This document shows, in pieces, positions 29,608-45,824 of a stretch of DNA of 64,000 bases. The notes beneath the pieces were generated by a model that was given only the letters and a program-made list of their open reading frames with translations, searched no databases and was not told where the DNA came from. The first letter of the stretch is position 1; every line of letters begins with the position of its first letter. The stretch is from Chrysomallon squamiferum. Taxonomy: Eukaryota; Animalia; Mollusca. The stretch spans positions 13,888,001 to 13,952,000 of the forward strand of contig CM022667.1 in the NCBI GenBank assembly GCA_012295275.1. The letters are read 5' to 3'. The translations under genes were made by a program, and so were the position numbers.

Positions 29608-30577
29608 TTAAGCAGGTACGTTGTTCCATTTTATTCTGTATGTCTGCATGAGATCAGAATTAGTGCTGGTGGGTAATGCTACTATTATGTTCATTATTTA
29701 CTATCAAAACTAATTTTAACCTGTTCTTTCCTTGCACTTTAGTTCTAGTTTTAAGCAGATGTTTTATTTAATATTTTTCTTAGATGAGCTGCAAATAACT
29801 GTTGCCGGGTGCTTTTTTTAGATTAGGTACACTAATGAAGTATGTTATGAAAAAAATATTAACGTGATCAGACTTCAGAACTTCCTATTTCATTATAAAG
29901 AGTTCTAAACAATTATGTACAGTTCATTGTGTTAAAAACCGCATTTGTTTCTAATGTTTTAGCTTTTAATTCTTTTGAGATTTAGCAATAACAGAACGTC
30001 CAAAACTGGTCAGTATTTCCTTTAATTTTTAATATAATCAAAAATAAAGTTTCTTGATGTATCAGCTATACAGAGTAATATCAACAATTTTTAATAATCA
30101 AATAAATATTGTTTAAAAGAAACTACAGTTATGGGGAGGTGGTTTGTAAATGCGGACGTAGCCCAATGACGTCATCTAGATTACGTAACCTAGTTTTAAG
30201 ATTGACAATGCGGATCGGCACAAGAAATGATGCAGTTTGAAAAGTTTAATTAAGGTAAAAATGCAATTAGGAGAGGTGTTCTACATCGTGGTTTTGTAAT
30301 ATGAACGACCATCTATACCTTTATTAGTGTTACGTCATAAAAGGTACAGAAAAGGACGTACAATTATTGAATTTGGAACTTTAAAACCCTTATGTTGCAA
30401 TACCTCCAGTAAACAGAGCACCTGGAAGTGGACGGGTAAGCGACCTGATCAGTGACGTCACTTGACTTTTGAACAGAAGGTTATGTTTCCGAAATCTCAG
30501 CAATATTTACACAATCCACATAACGTACTTGTTAATTGCTTGTTCTTTTATTTTCAATTACTTTAGTTAATAAAACG

Positions 30578-30637
<60 letters not shown>

Positions 30638-31139
30638 TACTTCGTTTGTTAATCTATTGTGTTGCTTATTGTATTTTGCATATACTTTCAGCTCTAGTTA
30701 AACAAAAATTAAGATAATTGTTACTAATTTTATCAATTTAATGAAATATCTTCTCGTCTTACCTTTTTCCAAGTTACGTTTAAATTCAGAAGAAATACAT
30801 TCCTATTAATTAACGGCTGTTGATTAATCATAAAATACTTAAGATTAATATTAGAAGGCTGTTTTGAATTTTTTAGGGCATCCCTATTTAGATGAAATAA
30901 AATCATTTTAGTTTTCTTGTTTGTTTCTTTTTTTTTTTTTTTTGTTTGTTTTCTTAATGGTCCTTTTATATTGTTTCTAGCAAGCAAACCCTAAACAAAA
31001 CAAACCAATCGCCACGCAGGAATCCGCAACTAATAAAATAATCGGTAAAATCTTGAGTATCAATGATTTTTAAATGACAAATTAAGGATAAATCGTTTAT
31101 CGCACTCATTGAGTTCTTTCTTTTTGTATACTAGGTAAG

Positions 31140-31501
31140 ATGAAAATACTATTAGCTCTCTGCATTTTGTCAGGTATCATTTTTATTTTATTTTTATTAT
31201 ATTCAAATCTTGCTCAAAAGTACATTCACATATCTATAATTTATATCTCAGTAACAAATTTGCTTATGAAATGTATTGTAGATATATAAAGACAATAACG
31301 TAATATATATTCTGCAGCAATAACATAATGTGTAATTCATCAAGACAAATAAAATGTTTTGTAAATTAAATGTAATTATGTATTCTAAAATATTTAGTTA
31401 TTTATATTTGAGATTCATTTTCAATCATAACATTTCACTTTTACGTTAATTCTTATAATTAATTAAGTAACAATATTTTTACGACAGTATAATTATTAAA
31501 G

Positions 31502-31581
<80 letters not shown>

Positions 31582-33386
31582 TCCTATAGTTTCAGCAAGA
31601 ATTTTGTAAACTGGAATAATTTTATTACATAGTATATTTTGGTAGTCTGGTACAGTTCTAAAGAAATGACTGCGCAACCATAATTACATGGCTATATATT
31701 TCAGTGTCAGTAGCCTTGGTCTTTTGTGCATGTGATCTAAAAGCAGCGAATAGGTGCTTTGAGAAGATGTTTGACGATATGTCAGATTCGAATGGAACCA
31801 AATCAGAAAACTGCCGGTATGTTTTTTTGTTTATCTATAGATCTCTGTTTTTATTTATTCATTTATTATTAATTCATCTATTTATATTTGTTTTTATTTA
31901 GTTGTATAGTTATTTATCTGTTTATTTTTTATTATTATTATTTTTTATTAATGTTGTTTTTATAGATCTATACAGTACATAGGTATAGACACATGTTATT
32001 TATTTATTTACAATTGATTATTATTATTATATATTTTTTTTCATTCATTCCTTATCAGCATTAAGCCTATTATTTAGTTATTTATTTTAATTTTTTTATA
32101 TTTTTATTTATATTTTCACTTTTTGTTGTTGTAGTATTAAACCACAGTTTCTTCTCTTTCATTAAATGTGTTTGCGACATAAAAAATAATAAAATAAACA
32201 TATCTATATTTCAGTGTAGCTCGGATGAATATGGTCTGTCTGGTGAAATCACAATGCCAGGCTTCTCCCGAGCTGTCAGGACCACTATCACAACTGAAGC
32301 AGACCATCAAGAATAACTGCGGTTGGTCCGTTATACGTAGTGATTCTTGACTTTTTAATACTGCTATTGTACTACTACTACTACTACTATACTACTACCA
32401 CCACAACTACTAATTAGAATAATATTGAGCAATAATCCAGCCCATTTGCACTAACAGTAAGAATAGAGTGTTTACTACTGGATGTCATTTCCTACTTCTG
32501 GTTACTATATATATTCAACTGTATATATATATTCAGTGTAGTTCCTATACATATATGGAAAAATTACACACATATATAGAGGTTCAAACATGCATACATA
32601 CTATACATACAAATATACTTACCTATTTAAAACATTCTCTGATACATGCATACAGAGATGCATTCATACTTTCATAAACACATACATGCACACATAAAAA
32701 CATATCTACATTTCAGTATAATTACAGCAATCAATTTCTAATGTATCAGGTCAGAAAATGACACATCTTGCACAAAGCAAAGGTAGGTGGTTTTAAATAA
32801 TTATGTTAACTAAAAGATTTTTGAAAAGGGTATTTAATTATGCTTAAGTTTTAAATTTTGTTATTAAACCAACTTGATGTGTCTGATGTACTCACTAATT
32901 TTTGGTTTCTACAGATCAGTTTTTATATTTAATAATCAATAATTATATCAATTACGGTTGTAATCTTAAGGTCCATGTTTATTAATAACAATGTTGATTG
33001 CCAGATTTAAAAATAATCACTAGGGAATATAGCGTATTCATTTAGATAATTATAGACACGTTTTAATCTACGTTCAAGTTGTTCTCCTTTACTGAAGATT
33101 TTGTTCGTACTGTAATATGATGGCTTTTAATTTCTATTTCTGTCGATCGGTTAGAGTCATCCTCTGATATAATAGGATACATATTTCTCTGTGCACAAAT
33201 TGGTTTATTTCCTGAATTAGCCTGTGGAAATCTATCTGTTTTATCACATATAACTGTTAATGTTAAAATGAACCACTAAGTATTAAGTGATTACATTTTT
33301 GTTTTTTAGCTGAGCACCAGGCACGTAGATCTCTGTTCTCGATGTGGATTGGAGTGATAATCGCCCTCGTCATTTTAAACAAATAG
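31140..33386 (+). CDS. Gene E: six-Cys GPI-anchor-like protein, 120 aa
   Basis: Exons 31140-31173, 31705-31816, 32215-32321, 32750-32782, 33310-33386. MKILLALCILSVSVALVFCACDLKAANRCFEKMFDDMSDSNGTKSENCRVARMNMVCLVKSQCQASPELSGPLSQLKQTIKNNCGQKMTHLAQSKAEHQARRSLFSMWIGVIIALVILNK. Confidence 0.9.
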
Positions 33387-34291
33387 AGTGAATCGACATT
33401 CAACTGTGTGTGGAAACCTCAAAGACTGTTATTGTTAATTAAAAAAAAAAATAAATAAATAAATAAATAACAATAATCAGTTAACCTCCAGTTTTAAAGT
33501 CAGTTAAAAAGTTAATTAAGGATAACCATTTAAAACCATTAATATTTTTTGTTTATTTGTTAGATGTTTTGACTGCATACTTTACACATTATATGTATGT
33601 GCTAGTGTTCTTAAAACATTAGAGTTTATTAAGGTCATCTGAAAAAATAGATCTTGAGCCACCTGACATGCATAATATGTGTGATTTCGTGACGTTTCTC
33701 CTTCATATACAGTTTTCTAGAGAGTGTCTAGACAAATTACATGAAACAAAAGATCAATGTTTCAGTGAGAAATAGGCAACATCATATTATTATTTAATTT
33801 ATTATTTATTTGCTAAATAAACTGCAATGGTATATAATTAAGGTCATTTGAAAAAAAATAAAAATTTTTTGAGCCACCTGACCTGCAGTTCTGTAACATT
33901 AAAAAAACAGCATATTAATATTTAATAAGTCATATTTGTTGTTTATTTGTTGGTTTATTTAACTGCATAGTTTACATACATATGTATGTGCTACTGTTTG
34001 TAAAACTAAAGATTTCTTGAAATCACTGTTTCACCTAGTCTTTTCTAAACAATGTCTAGGAAACCTCCTTGAAATGAAAGATGCATCTTTTACTGACCTT
34101 AAAGTCTTGCATAGTTTTTGCCAAAATAAACAATTAACGGATTAGGACAGCGATGTTATAACTATAAATATATTTTTAAATGATTTATTTATATTTAAAC
34201 TATTTTTAGTCCAGCTTCTGTTCTTGAAGAATATTTTGTGGAAATAAGGTATATAAAAAAATAAAATTAGAAGAAAGTATATATCTATCTA

Positions 34292-34995
34292 TACTTCTAT
34301 TTACGAGTGCCCCAACATACGGTTTCTTCGCGCTTTGAGTTGCGAGCCAAAATCCGAGTTACGATTGAGCTTCAGATACGCCGCCGCATGTTGGCGCAAC
34401 GAACAACGCAACATCCGGCTAGCATCTCATTTGTTTACTTCACGTGGTTACCTCGGCGCGGAAGCATATCTGTTTTGTTTTGAGCAGTATTTTGCCAAAT
34501 TTCTTTTTTGTGATCATGGATCCCAAGAAAGTGAGTGCAAAGGACAGTGCTGAGAAGAAGAAGCGGATGATGTACATTGAATTAAAGCTTGAAAACATAG
34601 AAAAACATGAGCGAGGTGTGCACGTAGTCGACTTGGCTAGGCAGTACGAGCGTATGATATGTACTATACTGAAAGCTGACTGAATCGATAAAGGTTGTAA
34701 CTGCAGCCAAAGGCATTAAAATAATTTGTCTGATCGCCAAGATAAATACACTTATAAAACCAATTTATTTCTTTACATTCTCTTTTATTTTGTTTTTATA
34801 CAATAGTTGTCATTTATAAATATATTTGCCTTATTTAAAAATGTTACAAAAAAAAAAAAAAAAAAAAAAAAAAAAGAAAAAAAAGATGTTCTGAGGGGTT
34901 GGAACGAATTAATGGTACTTCAATTAATTGCAGTTGAGAAAATTGATTTGATATACGAGCAAATTGAGATACGAGCTCGTAAATCAAGGTACACA
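34292..34995 (+). mobile_element. Internally deleted Tigger-like element (N-terminal HTH fragment of a TIGD1-like transposase)
   Basis: 34516-34683 encodes MDPKKVSAKDSAEKKKRMMYIELKLENIEKHERGVHVVDLARQYERMICTILK, a CENP-B/psq-type HTH start. Imperfect TIRs are TACTTCTATTTACGAG (34292) and CTCGTAAATCAAGGTA (34976). The element is absent from the equivalent position in units C-E. Confidence 0.8.
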
Positions 34996-35230
34996 CACAA
35001 TTGTGGAAATAAGGTACATAAAAATAAAATTAAAATTCTCTCTCTCTCTCTCTCTTATTATTCCATTCGTCATACCACTACCTAGACATTTATTTTGTGC
35101 TGTTTTAGCAGATCCTGCACTGACAGGGATTCGACCATTCCAATATTCTTATGGTGTATCACCTCGAAAATACAACAGATAGTTAAAAAAACAACACCCA
35201 AAACCCATTTCTTTATTTATTCTTCGTTTT

Positions 35231-35261
<31 letters not shown>

Positions 35262-36632
35262 TTATTATTATCATCATTCCGACGGGAAAACAAATAAAGA
35301 AGAGAATGTTTTCAGGTTTACTTAGTAAAAGGTTTTAGGAAATGTAATTTAACAGCAGACATCATTAAGGAGGTACATTGCTCCATTTTATTCGGTATGT
35401 CTATACGAGATCAGAATTAGTGCTGGTGGGTAATGTCACTATTATTTTTATTATTTACAATCAAAACTAATTTTATCCTATTCTTTCCTTGCACTTTAGT
35501 TCTAGTCCTTATAAGCAGGTGCTTTATTTAATATTTTTCTTAGATGAGTTGCGAATGACTGCTAATTAGGTATATTATAAAAACGTATTAACGTGATCAG
35601 ACTTCAGAACTTCCTATTTCATTATAATGAGTTGTAAAGAAATAATAAATCCGTCCAAGATGATAAAAATATATTAATAAATAAAGAACTTCAAAAATCG
35701 CATTTTCTTTCCTGGTGTTTTAGCCTTTAATTCCTCTGTGATTTAGCAATAACAGAATGTGAAAAAAAAACAACAACAACAACAAATGGCCAGTATTTCC
35801 TTTAATTTTCAAGATAATCAAACAAAAATTTCTAGATGTATCAGCTATACAGAGTACTATCAACAATTTCTTATAATCAAATAAATATTGTTTAAAAGAA
35901 GCTACAGTAATCGCGTGTTGTTTTGTAAATGTGGACATCGTCCAATGACGTCATCCAGATTACGTGACCTAGTTTTAACACTGACTAAATGCGTCGGCCC
36001 AAGAATTACCAGTTTGAAAAGTTTGATTATGGTAAAAATGCAGTTAGGTAAGGTGTTCTACATCGTGGTTTTGTAATATGAACAACAATCCATACCTTTA
36101 TTAGTGTATGTCATAAAAAAGTACAGAAAATGGACGTAAAATTGTTGAATTTGGAAATCATGTTTTTTTTTGTTTGTTTTTTTACTTTATTTATTGTGTA
36201 TATACTTACAGTTTAAAATTTTTTTTAAATAAGATAATTGCAACTAATTTTATCAATTTAATGAAATGGCTTCCCGTTTTACTTTTTCAAAGGTAGGTTT
36301 AAAATCAGAAGAAATGAATTCCTATTAATCAGCGGCTGGTGAATAATCATAAAATTCTTAAGATTACTATTACTATTAGAAAGCTGTTTTGAAGTTGTTA
36401 CATTTTATTTTATTTTATTATTATTTTTTTTTTTTTTGCTTCCCTACTTAGATGAAATGAAATCATTCCATCTTTTTTTCTTCTTTTTTTTTTTTTCTTT
36501 TATATTATTTCTAGCAAGAAAACCCTAAAATATAACAAACTAGTCGCCATGCCATAATTCGCAGCTAATAAAATAATTGGTAAAATCTTGAATATCACTC
36601 ATTGAGTCATTACTTTTTATATACTAGGTAAG

Positions 36633-38586
<1,954 letters not shown>

Positions 38587-39055
38587 AATGACATTCAACG
38601 AAACTTCTGTGTGCAAATGTCAGAGACTGTTATTGTTAATAATCAAAAATAAATAAATAAATAAATAAAAAATAAAATAAAATAAAAAAAAAAATAAAAT
38701 ATAAAATGTCTATAATAATTAGTCTCAAGCTTAGTGTTTCTAATTATCAGTATTTCTGATTCGTTATTTTAAGTGGTTTTGTAGATAGCTTTTGTGTATG
38801 TTTATAATACGATCCTTTTAAATCACTTGAAAATTAATTAAAGATAACTATTAAAAATCATTCATTTTTTATTTTTTATTTGTTAGATATTTTAACTGCG
38901 TACTTTACATATATGTGCATGTGATAATGTTTATAAAATTGATAATTTCGTGGTTACTGTCTCATACAGAGCTTTCAAGACAATGTCTAAACAAATTACT
39001 TGTCTAGAAAGATAAATCTTTCAATAAGCTGGAAACATATTCAAGCTAGAGCAAA

Positions 39056-39151
<96 letters not shown>

Positions 39152-39344
39152 AAATTATATAATTATACTTATTTTATTTGTCTTGCTGAAAAATACATTA
39201 TGTTACTGCTGCAGAATTTTATTTTGTTATTATCATTCTTGATAAACATAAAACAGATTTCATAACATTACTTTGTTACGGTGTTATAAATTGTACCTGT
39301 GTACAGTATCTGAATATAATAAAAATTAACTAATAGTCTTAAAG

Positions 39345-40224
39345 TGGCTAGTGCAAAATAGAACCAATGGTTGTACAGCGAATTAATTAACCCTGTGATA
39401 TCAGAAAACGATTCTAAGTGTCCGATAGAAATAGAAATTAAAAGACATCATATTACAATACGAGCAAAATGCGTAATACAAGAGAACAACTTCAACGTAG
39501 ACGTATTTCATCTTAAAAATTATCTAAATGAATATGCTGTATTTCCTAGTGATTATTTTTAAACCTAGCAATCAGCATTGTTAGTAATAAAGCTGGACCT
39601 TAAGATTACCTCTGCATGTACATCATTATTAATTATTGCAATCAAAGACTGATCTTTAGAAACCAATAATTAGGGAGTTCATCAGACACATCAAGTTGAT
39701 TTAATAGTAAAGTTTAAACGGTAAGCATATTTAAATAACATTCTCAAGAATCTGTTGGTTAACATAATTATTTAAAACCACCTACCTTTGCTAAGTGCCT
39801 TAAATGTCTCGTTACAATTTCAAATATTATTAGAAACTGATTGTTATAATTATATTGATATGTAGGTATTAATTTATAAGTGTATGTATATGTTTATGTA
39901 AGTAAGTATGTATCTCTGCATACATATATCTATGTGTGTGTGTGTGTGTCAGCATATGTTTAAGTAAATATGTATGTGGGTATGGATCTATGAATGTATA
40001 TATATGTATGCATCTATGAATGTATATATATGTATTATATGTGTATGTATGAATGAATATATATACATGTATGTATTTTTTTGCATAAATGTATGGGAAG
40101 TACAATGAATATATATATGTATTGGATTTCTAAGTACCAGAAGTAGGAAATGACATGCAGTAGTAAAGAAAAACTGTTTCCTTACTGTTAGTGCAAATGG
40201 GCTAATTATTATTATTATTATTAT

Positions 40225-40260
<36 letters not shown>

Positions 40261-40639
40261 CAGTAGTAGTTGTAGTAGTAATAGTAGTAGTAGTAGTAGT
40301 AGTAGAGTAGTAGTAGTAGTAGTAATAGTAGTAGTAGAGTAGCAGTAGCAGTACTAAAAGTCAAGAACCACTACGTATAAAGACGGACCAACCGCAGTTA
40401 TTCTTGCTGGACTGCTTCAGTTGTGCTAGTGATCCACACATCTTGAGAAAAGTATCGCATTCTGCTTTAATCAGAAAGGTAATCATTACCCGACCTATAC
40501 TGAAGTATAGTTATGTTTATTTTATTATTTGTTATGCGACAAACGTTGTCAGTGAAAGAGAAAAAATTGTTGTTTCATACTATCACAACAAAAAACATTA
40601 AAATTAAAATTAAAATAAATAAATAAATAAATAAATAAG

Positions 40640-40674
<35 letters not shown>

Positions 40675-40900
40675 GGAGATATATCTATAGATGAACAAAG
40701 AAACATAAATACAAATATAAATAAAAATCTATTATACGTTATACTGGTATGTCAGTTTCGTGTAAAAATATCGGCAGTTTTCTGATTTGGTTCCATTGGC
40801 ATTTGACAAATCCTTCAACATCTTATAGCACCTATTTGCTGCTTTTAGATCACTTTTTCAAAGAACCAAGTGTATTGACACTGAAATATACAAATATGTC
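39345..40900 (-). pseudogene. G: inverted pseudogene fragment (exons 2-4 and most of intron 4)
   Basis: Minus-strand exon 2 (40880-40772) has an in-frame TGA and donor GT>AT. Exon 3 (40499-40393) reads IGRVMITFLIKAECDTFLKMCGSLAQLKQSSKNNC with Cys4>Phe. Exon 4 (about 39818-39786) has lost its acceptor AG. Exons 1 and 5 are absent. Confidence 0.88.
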
Positions 40901-41163
40901 ATTCAAATATATAACGCTTTTTGCAAGTATTATCATAAATAATAAAATGAAGGTGGTTATCGTAATACTAACACTGTTAGGGCAAGTGGATCTAATCCCT
41001 GATAATGGCTGCACATTAGTTTTTATAATGGTCATTTGAAAAAAAAACAAGAACAAAATAAATCATTCTTAAGCTCACTGACATTCAAACCTGTAACAGT
41101 AAAAAAATGTATTTATTTATTTATTTATTATTATTATTATTCCCCTCCCCGAGAGAAGTATAG

Positions 41164-41196
<33 letters not shown>

Positions 41197-41200
41197 ACTA

Positions 41201-41230
41201 GCAAATGACGTAATTTAAGGACAGACGTCA
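41201..41230 (+). promoter_or_regulatory. CRE-like cassette, gene H
   Basis: GCAAATGACGTAATTTAAGGACAGACGTCA (GGAA changed to GCAA). Confidence 0.55.
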
Positions 41231-41963
41231 TTAAACAGGATCGTTTTGTTGCCTGTTTATCTGTGTCTATGCATATATCAGGTCAGAGAGAATTAGTGCC
41301 ACTGGGTAATATATCATGACCATTATTTGCTTAGATTAGTTGCGACTGACAGCTGCCAAAATAATTCTTTTCATAATCTGAGGAAAATATACGTATTTAA
41401 TTTTGATCTGATTCAGTTTGAGGAAAATCTACAAACAACAATGCACTCTAAATCAATCTGTAAACAGAGTAGCTAGTAGTGGCGGCGCAAGCGACCTGGA
41501 CGTTAACGTGGCTTGACCTTCGAACACGAGCTCTAGCGTCCGGAATTTCAGCAATGTTTACTATATTTAGAATAATTTTTTATATTCTCTATTTTGGTTA
41601 AAAAGTTAAAATAACTTCTATTAGTTTTATCAGTTTCATGAAATGTCTTCACGTCTTATTGTTTTCCAAGTTATATTTAGAAATTAATTCCTACAATTGG
41701 CATCGGTTGATTAGACATAGAATATTTAACAAAAAATATCAGAAGGCTGTTTTGAATATCTTTCTCATCCCTACTTAGATGACACGAAATTAACCCACGT
41801 TTGAATTTTTATTTATTCATTTATTACTATTTGTATGATCCTTTGTGTTAGCTGTAATATGAAAATTCTAAACAAACCAACGGCCCTGTCCCACATCGGC
41901 ATTAAATGACAAAAATGATAAATCACTGACTCATTACCTTTTATATACTAGGTATATAGTAAG

Positions 41964-42347
41964 ATGAAGATACTATTAGCTCTCTGCATTTTGTCAGGTA
42001 TTATTTAATTTTTTTTTTTTTTTTTATATTCAGCTCTTGCACACAGACACAGACATTGAAATATTTATAATTTATATTAAAGTCATTTCATGAAATCTGT
42101 TATATGTGTATCAAGAATGATAATAACTAAACAAATTTCTGCAGCATTAACATTATATATTACTTAGCAAGAGAAATAGAATGTTTTACCATTAAATGTA
42201 ATTATTTATTTTAAAACATTTATTTATTTATTTATTTATATTTCAGTTTCATTTTCAATCATAATATTTCACTTTTACGTTAATTCTTATAGTTATTTAA
42301 GTGACAATATATTTTATAACTGCATAATTTCTAAATCACACACACAC

Positions 42348-42432
<85 letters not shown>

Positions 42433-42890
42433 CCTATAGTTTCAATAAAATTTTGTAAACCGGAATAAAATTTATTATATAGTATATTTTGGTAGTCTGG
42501 TACAGTTCCAAAGAAAAGATTGCGCAACCATAATTACATGACTGTATATTTTAGTGTCAGTACACTTGGTCTTTTGTGAATGTGATATAGAAAGAGTGAA
42601 TCTTTGCTATAAGAAGATGATGCAGGAGTTGGCAAAAACAACTGAAAGCAAGTCAGAGAAGTGCCGGTGTGTTTACACGAAAGTAGCGTAGTAGTGTAGT
42701 TCATTATTTATTTATTTATTCATTTATTTATTTATTCATTTATTTATTTATTCATTTATTTATTTGTTCATTTATTTTAAATTCTAGTTATTTATATTTA
42801 GGGTTTTATTTATTTGTATAGTTATTTGTTTGTTCATTTATTTGTATAGTTATTTGTTTATTTTTTAAGAATAATTGATTAATGTTTATA

Positions 42891-42944
<54 letters not shown>

Positions 42945-43547
42945 CATATATATATACATATATAGATTGATAGATAGATAGATATATTTTCTTTAATAGT
43001 ATTAAACCACATTTTCTTCTCTTTCACTAAAAGTCTTTGCGACAAAACACATTAATAAAATAAACATAAGTATATTTCAGCATAGCTCGGCGGCTTATGA
43101 TAATTTGTGTTTGTATTTGTGTTTGTCTGCTTATCGATAGATATATCTCTTTATTTATTCATTTATTTTAAATTCTTCTTATTTATATTTATGTCTTTTA
43201 TTGTCGGTATAGTTATTTGTTTGTTTACTTTATTAATGTTGTTTTTATTTTATATGTATATATTCTACACAGGTTTAGACGCATCTTATTTATTTATTTA
43301 CTTATTTTTTTTATTCTTATTGTTTGTTGTTGGGTTAAACCACAGTTTCACTGAATGTGTTTCCCACATAACAAAGAATAATATAAACATAACTCTACTC
43401 CAGTTTAGCTCGGATGATGATGGCTTGCCTGATTAGAGCGGAATGTAGAACGTTTCACAAGCTATTTGGGTTAATTGCACAAGTGAAGCAGACCATCAAG
43501 GACAACTGTGGTACGTCCGGCTTTACCTGTTGTGACTGTTTACTTTT

Positions 43548-43598
<51 letters not shown>

Positions 43599-44404
43599 TA
43601 AAATTAATAATAATGATAATAATAATAATAATAATAATTAGAGATACTTCAGCCAGTTTGCTCTAACAGCAATAATACAGTGCCTCTTTATCACTGCATG
43701 TCATTTTCTAATTCTGGTATACATAGAAATCAACTATATATATATTCAGTGTACTTCACATACATACATATATAGATACATACATACACACACATATACA
43801 TACATACATACATACATACATAGATACATACATATATATAAATAAAAGAAAGATACGTACATGTATACAGACATACATATTACTTAAATACACCGACGCA
43901 TACACATATGTATATACAAGTATACAGAGAGCCAGTCATACAGTCATAAACACATACGTACACATATAAAAACATAACTACATATCAATATCATTATAAC
44001 AATCAGTTTCAGGTGAGAGCGAGATCGCTCCTGCACACAGCAAAGGTAGGCGGTTTTAAATAATTTTGTTACCTCGAAGATTCTTGAAAGGGGTGTTTAA
44101 TTATCCTTATGGTTCAAAAAAATTGCTATTAAATCAACTAGATGTGCCCAATATACTGTCTGATTATTGTTCTGTTTCTTTAGTCCAGGCTTTGATTATA
44201 ACAATTAATAACGATGTCACATGAGGTTCTAATCTTAATTTCCTACTGCATTACTTTATACGTTTGTTTGTTAGTTTGAAAATAATCATTAGGAAATATA
44301 GCAAGTGCATTTAACTTATTATTGATACATTTTATGTTGCGACTTTTCAGTAAAATATGGATCTTTCATTTCAAGTAATCTGTCGAGAAATTATCTTAAA
44401 ACGT

Positions 44405-44452
<48 letters not shown>

Positions 44453-44890
44453 TATAAAATATAACCTTTTATAGTATTCACTTTTATTTCATAATCTGGA
44501 AAACGACAATTTGTTTTTCAAGGATCATTTTATATATGTAGTGACAAAAATGATATAAGAAACCGTTTATAATACAGATTCTAATAATTACCAATCTACA
44601 TCGAAGTTCTATCCTTTATTGCACATTTTGTTCGTAACGTAATATTTCTATTTCCGTCGATCGATTACAACAGTCCTTTTGACATCGACAAATTCAATTT
44701 TCTCTCTGTACATCTTGGTTTATTTCCTGAACTAGTCTGTGAAAATATATCTGCTGTATCGTCAATAAATATTAATATTAAAATATCGGACTAAATATTA
44801 ATTGTATTTCCAGGTGAGCACCGGGCACTCAGACCTCAGTTCCTGATCTGGATTGGAATAATGATCGCGCTCATCATTTTAGACACATAG
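41964..44890 (+). CDS. Gene H: six-Cys GPI-anchor-like protein, 120 aa (probably chimeric)
   Basis: Exons 41964-41997, 42555-42666, 43404-43510, 44013-44045, 44814-44890. MKILLALCILSVSVHLVFCECDIERVNLCYKKMMQELAKTTESKSEKCRLARMMMACLIRAECRTFHKLFGLIAQVKQTIKDNCGESEIAPAHSKGEHRALRPQFLIWIGIMIALIILDT. A truncated exon-3 stub lies at 43081. Confidence 0.82.
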
Positions 44891-45128
44891 ACAAAATCGA
44901 CATTCAACACGATGTCTGTTCAAATAAGACAGCTATATAAATAAAACTAAATAAGAAAACTCGGTTAATGTCATCTTTATAATTAAATATAATTTTTGCT
45001 AATTATCATTATTTGTTGATTCTGTATTTTAAATGATTTCTTACATTTCGTCTGTCATTATATAATAAATAATAACATGGTAATTTTAAGTTGGATATAA
45101 AAAAAGCATTTAGAAAATCCATTTAACA

Positions 45129-45162
<34 letters not shown>

Positions 45163-45794
45163 TTTTCTGTGAAACTAGAAGTATCGTGAAATCACTATTT
45201 CTCTTAGAATTTCTCAAGAAAATTTCTCGACAGTTCACTTGAAATGAAACATCCATCTTTTACTGACAAGATGCAGCATTATATTACTATATAATACATT
45301 ACAAAGAATTATATTTACCGTGATGACGGATTATTTATTTATTTATTTATTTATTTATTATTATTATTTTAAATAAATACATAATAGAGAGAAATAAAAA
45401 TAAAGAACCTTTGACATAAAAGTAGTATTTTTGATCTAACATTATTTGAATCCGTTCAATGTATACACTTCAGCATAATTTTAAAGGATTTTTTATTTTT
45501 TATTTGGTGTTTGTGTGCAAGTGTGTGTGTGTGCGTGTGTGCGTGTGTGTGTTTTCCTGTCTTAACAAGGTATTTGAAAGGTTTTTTTTATTATTAATTT
45601 TTTTTATATGATACCATTAAGTACAGTAATATTTCTGCTGGACAGTATAGTCGCGATAATAGTAATATATTTTTTTTTAAATTGTCGGACTCTTCAAATC
45701 TCTTTCCACTGAACATCAGAAGAAAGAAAAACGTGCTACAAGAAAGGCAATTATCGTAAGAGTACACTGGAGAGTAAGGAGATCTAACGTAAAA

Positions 45795-45824
45795 GGAAAT
45801 GACGTAATATATTAACAGACGTCA
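45795..45824 (+). promoter_or_regulatory. ETS/CRE-like cassette, gene I (same motif at 51320-51349 for J)
   Basis: GGAAATGACGTAATATATTAACAGACGTCA. Confidence 0.6.

Larger units (their letters stand above)
17290..33540 (+). repeat. Recent tandem triplication (about 5.1-5.7 kb units) carrying genes C, D and E
   Basis: Near-identical intergenic and intronic sequence recurs. For example AATTAAGGATAACCATTTAAAA occurs at about 17284, 22732, 28421 and 33514. Confidence 0.9.
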
